Shown in pieces: positions 42,601 to 57,185 of a DNA stretch of 64,000 nucleotides. The position numbers were made by a program, and so were the translations under genes. The stretch is from Balanoglossus misakiensis (Eukaryota; Animalia; Hemichordata). The notes below the pieces were generated by a model. It saw only the letters and a list, made by a program, of their open reading frames with translations. It did no database searches and was not told where the DNA came from. Position 1 is the stretch's first letter; the number at the start of each line of letters is the position of its first letter. The DNA is taken from assembly GCA_040954595.2 (NCBI GenBank), contig CM082594.2:4015319-4079318 (forward strand), written 5' to 3'.

Positions 42601-42824
42601 TTGAAATAAATATATAAAACTTTATATTCTTGTTTTTAAATTGTGATAGTGACGTGTTTTCTCCCCTGACAGGTGGTGGCTTGCTGCACTCAATCCCAGT
42701 GGAGCACGAGGAGAGCATCCGTGAACTGTTGGAGGAATGCATCAGTGAGACAATATTTGGCGGTCGAATGAGTGCCGCCGAGGAACTGGAAGATCTGTTA
42801 CAAGAGATTCAATACACTGCCTGA
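36617..42824 (+). CDS. DIPK2A: Divergent protein kinase domain 2A-like (DIA1/C3orf58 family), paralogue 1, ~522 aa, type II membrane; probable pseudokinase
   Basis: Exons 36617-37341, 40817-40958, 41320-41635, 42078-42311, 42673-42824. GCCATGG start, N-terminal TM helix, KCPACFGDSLC, VVGKRL, LNPEGVLL, WPVPFLIGECGR, DFHHSNFAV, GGLLHSIP...LLEECISET. An in-frame upstream ATG exists at 36446. Confidence 0.88.
41781..41888. repeat. (TCCA)n(TTCA)n microsatellite in DIPK paralogue 1 intron 3
   Basis: Directly visible. Confidence 0.95.
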
Positions 42825-44965
42825 AATCACGAAATCATTTTATGATGTTATGACTGCAAACATTTGTGAGGTTCAAGAGGTTCTATGATAATAGTCGTGT
42901 TTTTGCACTTTCTCTGTGAAAAGACCGTCTTTCAGTGTTGTTTTTTTATATTGCAGAATTTAAATTTTTAACTCAAAAGTTCCAAAGTATGTTTTAATTG
43001 TCTCTGAAAGAGACTGTTTTTAAATGAGGGAAAATGTTTATTGGTGATCACAGAATCGGACAAATCTATTGCCAGGTGTGGTATGGACATTTTGTAGATA
43101 CCAGTAATTCACTGTGTCTAGATGTGACATATTAATGCACATTGCATATTCGTCACTAATTGTGTTGTGTCACTGAGTAATGGGCCGTATGTTGTAAGTC
43201 AACAATGCTTTTACGGAACAGCATACTCAAGGGCTCCTATATGTTGCTCTGTACGGTCTGCTCGTAAGGTCAAAATCTAATCCCACCCATTGCCAAGGCC
43301 ACCGCTTCAGAAATTTCAAAAATGGAATTTGAATTTTACATTGAGCAGATATGGCTAACACAACTGCCCAATATTCAAGTTTGTAGAGTGTGTTTATTTG
43401 TTTACAGCTAGATAAATATATGTTTACATATTTTGTGAGTATGTAATATCCTGTCTTTGTTTATTTGTTTGTACATGTACAACTAGATTATTTGTTAGAG
43501 TACAATCGTAAATCAAGAGATGATTCGCAATCTCCAGAACTCTATGTGGTTAGCTAGGCCATTTTTATTCTACAGTGGACATTTTTATCAATGAAATTGT
43601 TTTCTTGAGATTAGCCAGTAACTTAGATGTAAGTAAAAAATATCAGTGCCAAAATGGAATTGTCAAATATTGCCAAAATGCCAAGTTTACTGAACACTTC
43701 TTACAAATCACATTTCCAACCAAGATTACCTCACACTACTCACCAAGCATGTACTTATCTTCTATAGTGTACACATAAATAATTAGCTATTGATAATGAA
43801 CTTCTGCCATGCTGGTGGACACTATGTGATGTACAATACTTGTACATTATTGTCAGATAATATCATGCCACAAGCAATTATATTTGCTAAGGCTATGATT
43901 GTGTTCATAATTCCACATACATCATATTCTATCAATATTTACACACAGAGTGCTTTCTTTATCTTTGGATAAAATGACTATGTACTTTCAGAGGTTTTTC
44001 TTGTGAAGGACGAATATCTCCAATTATTTTATTTATAAATACTGCTTATGGTTTGTAGCCTTTCTTGTGTTGGATACAGGAAGAGTTCATTACCAGAAAA
44101 TGATCTGTGAGCATTTTTTTTAATGGAAAGTCAAGTGTTGCAATATTCTTTTCCCCAAGGATGAGTTTTCCCAATTTATACAATCATTGACTGTTGGTGG
44201 CGCTCTTTATTGTTGAATTGAAAAAATGGTGGAACATGTTGAAAGCTCTTGTTTGGGGAGGGATCAAAATATAACTGATGTTTGAGAATTCTGAAGTTGC
44301 AAATTAAATTCTACATCTCAAAGTCGGGTTTGAAGCGCCAATTTGAGTAGCTTCACATTTAAAACAGGAAAAGACCAAGGATGAAATGTGTGTATTACCT
44401 CAATTATACAATTTTTTCCCCACTTTTTATACTTTTCACAAAATCTGCTGCAAGCCATAATTTTAAATCATTGATATTGTGAGACATTTAATTTTAACAG
44501 AATTTACTGAGCTCCACTTTGTCTCTCTTCCAAGTTAATTAAGAAAAATTGAACAAAAAATGTCATAACCAGCCAAATGTTGATGTACGGTACAACAAAA
44601 CGTTGAAGTCAAGAGTAGTTTACATATTTTACATTTTGGCCACAAGAAAGTCCGATATTGCATCATCATGAAAGTTTACTGTTTGTCCGTTGTATCCTGA
44701 ATCAGTATTAAATAAGTTAAAAACTTTACAAATGTCTTTTTTGTGTGCCATCTTATCATGGGTCATGCTTTTACTATACTGGATCAAGACAACAGCATTT
44801 CATTAGATTTGAAACTGTGTTGATTTTTATTCAGATTTGAATTTCCAGGCAAACTGTAATGTACAGACTAAATAAACTTGGTATAAAATGAAAAGGTAAC
44901 CCAGAAAATAAACTACAAAAGCAACGGAAACAGGTAAATAAGTTCCTCAAGTTTTTCTCCCTTGG

Positions 44966-47229
<2,264 letters not shown>

Positions 47230-47514
47230 ACTGTGAAGAGAAATGTACGACATCTAGTACACCATCGACACGATCATCCACTCGCCGGCATGTTACCGAT
47301 CGAGTCTAGATCTATCAAGTCAATGACACATCTATGGTTTCCATCGTACACAGTGGTAAGAGCAATTTTCACATCGAAATCTGTGACTAAATTTAATTTT
47401 ACTCGAAAAACAGAGTAAGAAAAAATATCGACGAATATCAACTGACTTTATTCTAGCCGATCAAAGATTCTAAAAGTCAGGAGATGGGTGGATGAAAGCG
47501 GATTTACTACTTAC

Positions 47515-47900
47515 TTCACAATTTTTTTCAGGAGAGCACACTGTCAAAATGGTAGAGTTCGTTTGACCTCTGACCCAACTCTTTCAGTGGATTTGTCGTT
47601 GGGGGCGCAATTAAATTGCATGCCCGCGCCCGCGCCTTCGATGCGTCACGCGTCCGCGCGCCAGCCTGGGTGAGTCTATGGCTGATTGAAGCTGAATGTC
47701 GCTTAAAAACTGCAATTATATATACAGCCTCAGTAATACTGGCAATATTGTCCAACCAGTAAAGTAAATACTGTACTTTACTTCAATTTAAAAGCAATGT
47801 TCCTATTTTAGCGCGCAATGAGTGACCATTTTGAAGCTTTGGTGAAGCATAGACAGTAGAGGTCACTTCTGCGGTTGAAGTGACCGCTTTCGGGGAGCGC
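47515..47900. promoter_or_regulatory. NACA non-coding first exon with TCT/5'TOP-like start, and GC-rich bidirectional promoter shared with DIPK paralogue 2
   Basis: - strand CTCTCCTGAAAAAAATTGTGAA|GTAAGT (47536-47515); GC-rich GCCCGCGCCCGCGCC...ACGCGTCCGCGCGCC at ~47622-47662; the DIPK paralogue 2 ATG lies at 48145 on the opposite strand. Confidence 0.55.
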
Positions 47901-48144
47901 ATACCGCGGTCGGAGCTCTTGCTCGTTGAACCGTGACGCTGGCATGACCTCAACTTGGGCTTTTTGTATGAGTGTCTCTCCTGGCTCGGCGGTGAAAAGA
48001 AAGTATCGGTCGTATGTCGTTGTCGCAGCCCGACTACTGATCCTACCCGAGGGGTGTACCTGCATCCAATATATGGGAGTACCCATGCCCCCCTCCCCCC
48101 GGTCATCAGGACATCTGGTGTGCAGGTGAAAGTACTTTGGTGCT

Positions 48145-51100
48145 ATGAACGTCAGTCGTGTGAAATGCTTTGGTTTGACACTTTGGGTTTGCCTGTTAGC
48201 GTACTGCTGGTATTTGCTTGAAGACGATCCTACTACGGGTGAAAGTCTTCTCGGTTCGGACGCAGACACTTTCCCTCGATCGCAAGCGCACGCCGCACAC
48301 GAGAGGGACGCTGCCAAGCCGAAGGGCGGACAGCAAGGAACGAACCTATCAGAGTACCCGTACGATGTGGACAAGTGCCCAGCCTGCTACGGCACCTCAG
48401 TTTGCGACCAGGTGGAGAACGGCAACATTCGACTGCGCGCGGCCCGTTCAATTCAAGACGGCGTTTTTCTCGGCAGATTTCATTCCACCATCATCGTCGG
48501 CAAGACACTGTTGAATCAGAGCGAGTTCAGACATTTTGACGAGGCGGTGCGTCGGACCAGGGACGCTCCTTTATATCACAACACAGAGAGCGACAAAAGA
48601 ACTTGGCCTGCAGAAGCAGAAATCAAGCTTACCGGAAACCAATTCAGTGTCGACTACGTGAAAGCAAAACTCAGGACGAACGTTTTTGGCCGAGATAGGA
48701 GAGACTGGGGGTAAGATTCACCGTATGATTTAGGGTTAGAACGTTCGACATAAACACAGACTTACAAAGTCAGGTTCTGAAATATTTGGTAGATACTACA
48801 ATGTATAGTAAGTACTAAGGTCCAGAGTAAACATAAAAATTGAATGAATAATGTGGTTCTTCGCCCTTCAAAGTTGGTTCCAAAATGCAAACAAAGTAGC
48901 ATACCGACTGTTTCATTTAAAGGTACATGTATACGGTAGCTATAGTTACCACGGTAAATTTAGTTCTAGCGAATCACAGATTTCCAGTGGTGGCTCACGC
49001 GAAAAAAGAGCGCCACCATATGATTTTTAGAACGCTCAAATACTCCATGATCTCAGCCATATCGTAAAAGTGTAATCGACGTAAATCGAAGGTCAATGTG
49101 ACCCCTTTTCGAGGGACTGTTCAAATGATGCCTGCTTTGCTTTAGCCAAACTGTTGGGGCGTGTCATTGTGCGACAGTTCGGATTTTGACTGGAAAGGAA
49201 GGTTGGTAATGCAGAACTCAGACATTTATATGTAGAGTACGTTTGCTGAAAAAAACACTTCTGTAAACTTTACTATTTACAGTCCAGTATTGTGTGCCAC
49301 GCAGAGGTTTGTGGATGCGATATGGAAGTTGTACGCCGAGAAGCAAAGTGGGGCTGATGATATGACGACACACTCCAACCTGATGACGTCACTAATGGGT
49401 AATGCAGAAGGACTATTGCTGAAGGTAATTTGATAACTTTGAAAACTTAAATCTGCAATATTATAAATTTGGAGAAAGATTTTCTATTCTTTTTTGGTAA
49501 AAAAATCTGAAATACATGTCTTTTCGATGTTGACTTCCAGTTACAGAATGAGCGTTATTGCATTTCCCCCTTCTTGTTTCAGTTCTTCTCGTCCCTTGAC
49601 AACATATCATGGCCCTTCCCAAGATACCTCGGCGAATGTGGTCGTGTCATCATAACAGAGTACGCCGGTTTACCCCTTACCCAATTCTACAATGCATCGT
49701 GGGAAGAGAGGGCACGCCTGGCGTTGGAAATATTCGACGTCATCGACGCCTTTCAGTCAGCGAGCGGTGATTGGCTGCTGTTTCTCACCGATCTCCATCC
49801 GGGCAACTTTGCAGTGACGTCATCCGGCGGCGGCCGAGTTGTGATGATCGATGTAGAAGACGTCGTTATCATCGATAAGAGAATAGCTGACAGAGGTAAA
49901 TACTTACTTTGAAACATTCACCTGGCGACATATACATATCAGTTCGCTGTCTTTATAACCACGGTGATTATTTTTGCTCGATATCTTAGATCACACATGG
50001 ACGAAGAAAGGTCACCCAAGGCATGCCAATCGTGAGGCTAAACCATGCAATCTGAACTGCTTTAACGGGTTCTTGAAACATTCATCTGACGACGGATAAA
50101 TATCAGTTCGCTTTCGTTATAACCATGGTGATTATTTTTGCTCGATATCTTAGATCACACATGGACGAAGAAAGGTCACCCAAGGCATGCCAATCGTGAG
50201 GCTAAACCGTGCAATCTGAACTGCTTTACTGAGTTCTCTTTGAAGTTACCGACCGATCCAGACCACGTCTGTCCGACGGTACCTGAATACCTGGATTACA
50301 TGTACTTTAGTGTTTGTCGCGATTTGATGACGAACTATAGCCACGAGAGAAAGGTGTCACCGGAAAATGTAAAAGAAGATTCGATTCAGAATATTTCGTC
50401 AGGTGAGATGACTAGGGGGAGAGAAGAGGGGAGACAGAATCGAGAGATGGGGAGGATGTGTTTGTGTAAATACCGGGAGAGGACAACCAGTCGGTTGGAA
50501 CGTACACAATTAATCTTGTATACAGACACCGTCACACGTATGCAATTATTGTCGTTATTGTTGGTGTTTATGCATCGGGGAAATAACGGGTAACGGGTTC
50601 TGACGAGAACAGTCCTCCGCCGAGACATGTTTCGATTTACGTGCCGTTTATTTCAAAGAATCAACGATTATACATCAGGTGTTCACATTGAGTACGAGAA
50701 CAATCGCAACAGCCTGGAGCATTTTCCGATCTCCCGTCAGACTATGAGTGCAACGTTAGAAAGCAGTTTAATTGCAATCACTTTTGCCAGGGCGTGGTTA
50801 CTATCTAAACATTTGAAATATCAAACAACACAATCGTTACAATTTTACTGGCCGTCGGTTCAATTCTATATGTACAAGTTAACCCAAACATTACATAACA
50901 AATAATGTCGATACGATATCGTTCTGATAATTTTGTCACCAAACAGATATGATTATTAATAAACAGAACTTTCATAACTTTAGCATTGCAAATATTGGGC
51001 AACTTGTACCTTTCAATTGCTTCAGGGGAAAGGTTAAGATCTTATAGTAGGTTCAATGCCCTCTGTTATAATTTCTCATCCGTGACAATGCCTAATAATA

Positions 51101-51257
51101 CAAATCAATTTTTTTTCCAGGCGGATTGTTGAATAATCCCCCGAGAGAAATCCAGGATAAACTGAATAATCTGTTGTCGAAGTGTGTCACCGAGACAGTA
51201 AGAGGAGATAGAATGGAATCCGTTGAAGATATCAGGAATCTACTACGCAAAGGATGA
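48145..51257 (+). CDS. DIPK2A: DIPK2A/DIA1-like paralogue 2, ~468 aa when the distal exon-4 acceptor is used
   Basis: Exons 48145-48710, 49283-49424, 49583-49895, 50154-50402, 51121-51257, with the same intron phases (2,0,1,1) as paralogue 1. Signal-anchor N-terminus, KCPACYGTSVC, IVGKTL, WPFPRYLGECGR, DLHPGNFAV, IDVED, GGLLNNPP. Confidence 0.85.
48921..49095. mobile_element. Family B Kolobok-type MITE, degenerate copy 3
   Basis: TTAA|AGGTAC...GTTACCACGGTAAA...AATCACAGA...GAGCGCCACCATATG...GCTCAAATACTCCAT; right TIR eroded. Confidence 0.6.
49911..50238 (+). repeat. 164-bp tandem duplication covering intron 3, the splice acceptor and the start of exon 4 of DIPK paralogue 2
   Basis: GAAACATTCA at 49911 and 50075; identical acceptors GATATCTTAG|ATCACACATGG with exon starts at 49990 and 50154. 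Confidence 0.92.
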
Positions 51258-51965
51258 TGGGAAGGCCTGTGGTGAAAGGGCAGTTAACTCCGTGTCCCCG
51301 CTTTGTGTTGAAATCGGGGACAGGAAAGTAGTGCCGGAAAAAGTAGTCCTGGAATATGTTACAACTGTCAACCACTTGAAAAATGTGTGTTCTTTCGTTG
51401 TCGACGTGACAAGATGTGACTCGGGATCAGAAACATAGTTAGGCTACCCGTATTTGTATGTCTGTCTGTCTGTCTAGTCAACTGTTGCTTGTCTTGTACA
51501 GAAAGTAATACTCAAAGTACAGGAGGCAAAGTTAAGGGAACGCGTAAAATTAACACATTTCATCCCGGAAGTTTCAGTGTGTCACGTCTGATTTAAGAGG
51601 AAGGCATTTTTTCTCACAAAATTACAAAAAACAAAACATAAAAAACACGTTAAAACGTTCAAGAATGTGCATACTGGTCAGATCTGGTATACGCAGTTTG
51701 CCTCACAGCGTGGAAATAATAGAATTCAAATGACTTTCTTGGTTGAATCTTTTTATTTCAAGGAATATATTGGAAGAGAACATTTACGCAGGATCAAAAC
51801 TTGAATAAAACGTACTTTACATTAAATGCGTAAAACACAAGCAAAATACACCTAAAGAAAAGCAAAGAAGAATCGAGGCGAGGCAAAGCGGAGACAGACC
51901 ATGGTGTTCACAAGTTACCAGAGGCGGAATATTTCGAACCTCGCTTATAGTTCGTTGGCCTTTAA

Positions 51966-52051
51966 CCCTTTCACCCCCAGTTCACTCTTAAGGGATCCAA
52001 CTTTGCAGTAGGAAAAAAATGGGTTTGGACTGGACCATGGTGTTGAGAGGG
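51966..52051. mobile_element. Family A piggyBac-type MITE, copy 6 (upstream of DIPK paralogue 3)
   Basis: TTAA|CCCTTTCACCCCCAGTTC...TTTGGACTGGACCATGGTGTTGAGAGGG. Confidence 0.6.
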
Positions 52052-52456
52052 TTTAAGGGTGAAGGCAAACAAAGGTCTCCGGTATCATTTCTCGCCTATA
52101 CAATGTACAGGTAACACAAGCCCATACAAAAGAAGTCCGTAACGATATACTTCAATGTACGTTTGAATCGCAAAAACAATTATGTCGGTAAATTTATGAC
52201 GGACGGGCAAGAAGGATTTTATTGTCCATTGCCGATACCAGGAAATTGTATTCTGGTTAATAACTTCCCCTCTCCTCCATTTTGGTTTTGTCCACCGCCC
52301 GGTGTACAAAAAGTCGGACAGGACATCAATCTTCCTGGATCGGTCACGTTGCACCAGGGGTAGGCATATACCTGTACTTTAAAGGTAGGTTTATATTCCG
52401 TTCGAAGTTGGGAACGCCATGCCGAAAAGGTGTACCTTCCGCTCCGAATTGCAAAC

Positions 52457-55400
52457 ATGTCGAGAAGATGCGGGCCTGTAAGGAAACTGAAATTGACAGT
52501 GACTGTGCTTTGCTTAACTGTTCTGCTGGTCAGTGGTTGGATTTTCAATCTCTCTTTGACCAACTATCGCCCGGCAAGGGATGAGGGCTCTCCACTGACA
52601 GACCACAGCCGAGACCGAAAACTCGCCGGAGACATCCTCGCCAAAGAACTACCCGGAGGCCGACAGCAACGCAAACAGACCCCGCTGCATGACGACGCCG
52701 TTTTGAAGTTCCCGTACGAGGCGGACAAGTGCCCCGCCTGCTACGGCACATCGCTGTGTCGCCAGGTAGCGTCGGGGCAGGTCAATTTCGACCTCCGCGC
52801 CCCGTACAAAGATCACACCAACCGCACATTCGACCGGGTGTACCCTGGCCGCTACAAAAACGCCAAAATTGTCGGCAAGAGGCTGGCCGCGGTGGAGGAA
52901 TTCGACAGGTTGGACGCCTTCCTGTGCAATGAAACCAAAACGCCCATCAGACGAGGCGATAAATCTTGTAATGTATCCGCGGCTGCTTATCGATTCAGCA
53001 AAAAACACCAATCGATGACTAGTCGTAATTTCCGACACACAATACTACCAGGTGTATATGGACCCCTTTCGCCCGATATACGGTGAGAGTTGTTATTAAG
53101 CTTTGTTCCGCATTTTCTCGATGCTATAGAAACAGGCACGCAATGGTTTGCTTTATTACGCAAATAAAAATTATAAATATCCCTATTGTAGCTACCCACG
53201 CACCAGTGATGGCCGGCGCTGCAAACAAAGCACACATAATTGTATGCGTGTCTCAACTTGAACAGTTAGAGCATGTAGACAATAGTTTACTGTTTATGTT
53301 TAGACGGAAATTGTATCACTCAAGTGACGGAAGTAACAAACGCATGTATGGGTGTAGTAATTCTACCGGGGTTAGGTGAATTTCGATCCGTACCCGCGGG
53401 AATAAGGCAAAGTTTGAGAAATTATTCCTATAGGCCCATTGCGCCATCTAAGTTACGACGAGTCTGCGGTTGATTAGAAATCAACAATTTAATTTCTGAT
53501 TTCGACTTCAGCTCAGAATCAAGTTCTCAACTGTGATGCATTTACAGCTGTATAAAAATATGAAACATCACAACGATTAATATAAGAGAACTTCCATATG
53601 TATGTAATTTTCTAGTGTTTTTTTTACTGATATTACTGCTTTTCTGATAAAGGTATACTCATATCTCAGTGGTTATATTTGGAACGGTATCTGTTACCTA
53701 CTGCATGATTCAAAACACAAAACAATCCAATTTATTGCCAGAGCAGTCATTTGACTACGTGTGCCTCAGACAAGTTTCTGCAGACATTGTGGAAGGTGTA
53801 CTCTGAGAGACATGGTGACGTCAGCGAAGAGGCAAGGCGATCTCAAATACTGACGTCATTGGTCGGAAATCCAGAGGGACTAATCCTTGAGGTATTAAAG
53901 GTGCACAGTCACCTACAATTTACGTATGTTCACAAATGGCAAAAATGGCGTATCTGAGTGTTCTGAAGAAAAAATAGTGGCGCTCTTTTTTTTCGCGTGT
54001 GCCACCCACTGAAAATCTGTGATTGGGTAGATCACAATTTGCCATGGTAACTGTAGCTACACCTTTAAGTATTTCTGTCCTGTTTTAAAGCCCCGCAGCT
54101 TCCATTTTGCATTATCTTATATAGGCCTATTTTATTTTCAACCTTAGATTGGTGCATTTAAATGAGCTTAATGACGGATACACGCGAGCATGTTATCAGC
54201 CTCTAATTGTGGGTGTACATGCGTATTAGAATCTTCGCGGTTTCAAAATGGTGTCATTTGTCGACTAACTTGTGAAGGATAACGAGAACATTAAAATATT
54301 TAATCAATTACAAATCTGCTAAATAGTGACAGCTATTGAGGCTTCCCTGTTATCGGACCAATTTTAACTTACATGTAAGCCTTCCTTTGAAAGTGGTTTA
54401 TTTGTCTTTGTTCGAGTTAGTTTTGCTCTCAAATTAAATTTCTAATGTAGGTGCATTCGATGGAAGATCTATGTTTGTGCAACTTAGTTAAATGAATCAC
54501 TTTCCTCTCTCCTGTCGATAAAAAAGTTGTTCTCTTCCGAAAACACCAACCTGCCCTTCCCAAGATACATCGGTGAATGCGGCCGGGTGATCATGGTGGA
54601 GGACGCCGGGAAGCCTCTCCACCATTACTACAATGAACCATGGGAAAAACGAGCTCGCCTTGCCGTTGGTGTGTTGGACCTGATCCACAAATTCCTGACG
54701 GCGAGCCGTGATTGGCTGTTTTTTCTCACTGATACGAATCCGGGCAACTTCGCCGTGACGTCATCAGGCAGCGTTGTGATGATAGATATAGAAGACATCA
54801 TTATCCTCGACAGGAGAAGAACTGCAAGAAGAGGTAATTCGTAGCTCGTGTGAAAACCTGAAAGAGTTGAAATATGTTCTTTGAGTTTACTTCGTTTCAT
54901 GCATTCACATGTGCTGTTGGCTGTGTACACGCAGCTGTGTGGTGGGGAGATATGCGATATGCTAATTTCGTTATGCTAATTTCATGAATAGCAAATCGAC
55001 CGAAATTAGCACAAACGAAATTAGCATATCACATATTTCACCACACAGCTGCGTTTCGTACGGCCAGTATGTTGTTGGCGAAATTTCAAGAGTTTGTTCA
55101 GACATGAGTGTATGTGGGGTTCGAAGAAGTCACTTTCGAAAGTTTACCAACCTTACTCGAACATGACACACATTTTATCGTTGAAGACCTGCAATCTGCA
55201 AAACATATGATATTTTGGCCAACGCAGCGAAATTCCTTGAAACCCTTTCCTGCTATTATGTCCAAAGAAAGTTGGCCTATAAAACGAGCATTTTTCGTGC
55301 AAATGAAAGTGACTCACCACGGATTGCACCGTCGTCATAAACACGGGCCTCTCTACGGAAATTCTTTGCATGCACATTTTCAGTCGTATCAAACAATGTG

Positions 55401-55801
55401 CATACATGTATTTCATTACGTTACCTTTCCTTTTAAATTTTTATCCCATTATTATAAACATATGTACTTACCTGTTATTTTTTCTGCCATTTTTAGATTA
55501 CATATGGATGAGGAAATCCAAGCTGGGTGAGAAACCCTGCAATCTGAACTGTTTTAATGAGTTTTCTTTGAAATTGCCGACCGATCCAGACAGCAAGTGT
55601 CCGTCGGTGTCCGAATACTTGGATTTTATGTTCTTGAGTGCTTGTCTCGGTTTGATGACGAACTACAGCGAGAAAAGAAGTACATCGTCGTCGGAATATA
55701 TTAGGGAAGACTCGGTCCAAAATGTTCTGCCAGGTGAGTGACGTCATTTTATATGATGATTCTCTGGGTGTGACTGTTTGTATCTTCATCGGTGATTCAG
55801 T

Positions 55802-55835
<34 letters not shown>

Positions 55836-55881
55836 GGCAGACAGACACACAGACAGACAGACACACAGACACACAGACAGG

Positions 55882-55918
<37 letters not shown>

Positions 55919-56475
55919 GCACACACACAGACAGAAACACACACACACAGACACACACACACACAGAGACAGAGACAGTTTCTGTGTATTTTCCTAAAGA
56001 CAGGAAATCCTACCAGTTGAATTCACAGTCACTCGTGGACGCCGTGTTCAGTCTGCCCTCCGAGCAATCCCCAACTGGCGATTATTCAAGATTATTAGGT
56101 GATGCGAGGTTTGATGAGTCCATGATGCAGAGAATGCCTACATTTTAACGTATAAGCACAGAAGACTAACAGCAAGGGTAAAAACCACATCACACAAGCG
56201 CCTTTGAACGACTGTTTTTTTCGGTTTAACTTGGAGCCCACCACGAGCGCCTGCGGTTGAAGCATACATAGTCATTAACCCTAAATCTTACCGCAATCAT
56301 TTTTTCAGGCGGGTTGTTAAATAATCCCCCGAGAGAAATCCAAGATAAACTGAATAATTTGTTGTCGAAGTGTGTCACCGAGACAGTAAGAGGAGAAAGA
56401 ATGGAATCTGTTGAAGATATCAGGAATCTTCTGCAAAAAGAATTTATCGTCAGTGATAGGGTGTCTTTCTCATGA
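52457..56475 (+). CDS. DIPK2A: DIPK2A/DIA1-like paralogue 3, ~493 aa
   Basis: Exons 52457-53082, 53747-53891, 54527-54833, 55497-55733, 56309-56475. Basic residues followed by a TM helix, KCPACYGTSLC, IVGKRL, GNPEGLILE, PFPRYIGECGR, DTNPGNFAV, IDIED, GGLLNNPP. Confidence 0.87.
53945..54064. mobile_element. Family B Kolobok-type MITE, partial reverse copy 4
   Basis: TGGCGCTCTTTTT...GCGTGTGCCACCCACTGAAAATCTGTGATTGG...TTGCCATGGTAAC...ACCT|TTAA is the reverse complement of the family B left half. Confidence 0.65.
54929..55054. repeat. 126-bp imperfect palindrome (small MITE-like hairpin) in DIPK paralogue 3 intron 3
   Basis: ACGCAGCTGTGTGGTG...ATGCTAATTTCGTTATGCTAATTTC / GAAATTAGCACAAACGAAATTAGCAT...CACCACACAGCTGCGT. 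Confidence 0.75.
55803..55978. repeat. (AGAC)n/(AC)n compound microsatellite
   Basis: Directly visible; intron 4 of DIPK paralogue 3. Confidence 0.95.
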
Positions 56476-56519
56476 TGCATTCACAAAACCAGCATTCTAT
56501 CTATTTAGATATTTTACCC

Positions 56520-56612
56520 AATCAACCAACCAACCAACAAATCACCCACCCACCCATCCATCCATCCATCGATCTGTCAGTCTTGTTTGTTTGTTTGTTT
56601 GTTTGTTTGTTT
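56520..56612. repeat. Short compound microsatellite (AACC)/(CCCA)/(CCAT)/(TTTG)
   Basis: Directly visible just after the DIPK paralogue 3 stop codon. Confidence 0.85.
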
Positions 56613-57185
56613 GTACGTTGTTTTTGTTTATTTCTGTGAGATGTACTTTAGACGCAATGCAATTAAAATTTAAAAGAGTGTCTTTAATTCTTCTAATGAC
56701 CAGATTTTCGCGTGGTCATCCCAAAAGAAATTATGTGATAGGATACATCTCAACGTTGTTGTTTTTCCTTTCTGTGGACAAAAAACGTTTCATGAAGCTT
56801 TTTATTCGAACATTGAATTTAATTGTCTGCACGATTTCATGAACGTGACAATAGTAGAAATAGATTTTCTAGCAAATATTAGTGTTATTCCACGGAAAGA
56901 GACACATCCGACGTTCTGATATTGCTCGATTAATATCATCATTGTGTGAAAAGTAATGACATCCTTGGACACAAAATGTAACATGATTGGCACGGCATTC
57001 TTTCTGTCCAAGTAGGATGGGATATGCAATTCTAAACCCTGGTAATATTTTTATGGATCATGCAAGATTTACATTATGTAGTCATAATTACATGTACACA
57101 CCAATATTTCAATCAATTAGCGCTACTATTAAAAGCATGCGCCGGGTTGGACAAAAAATTGAAACTGGATCTGAATAGTCATTTT

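Noticed and set aside
47783-48451. Antisense ORFs of 107, 188 and 72 aa, and similar ones over the YHYH gene and DIPK first exons
   Set aside because: Shadow ORFs of GC-rich coding or promoter sequence with no motifs.
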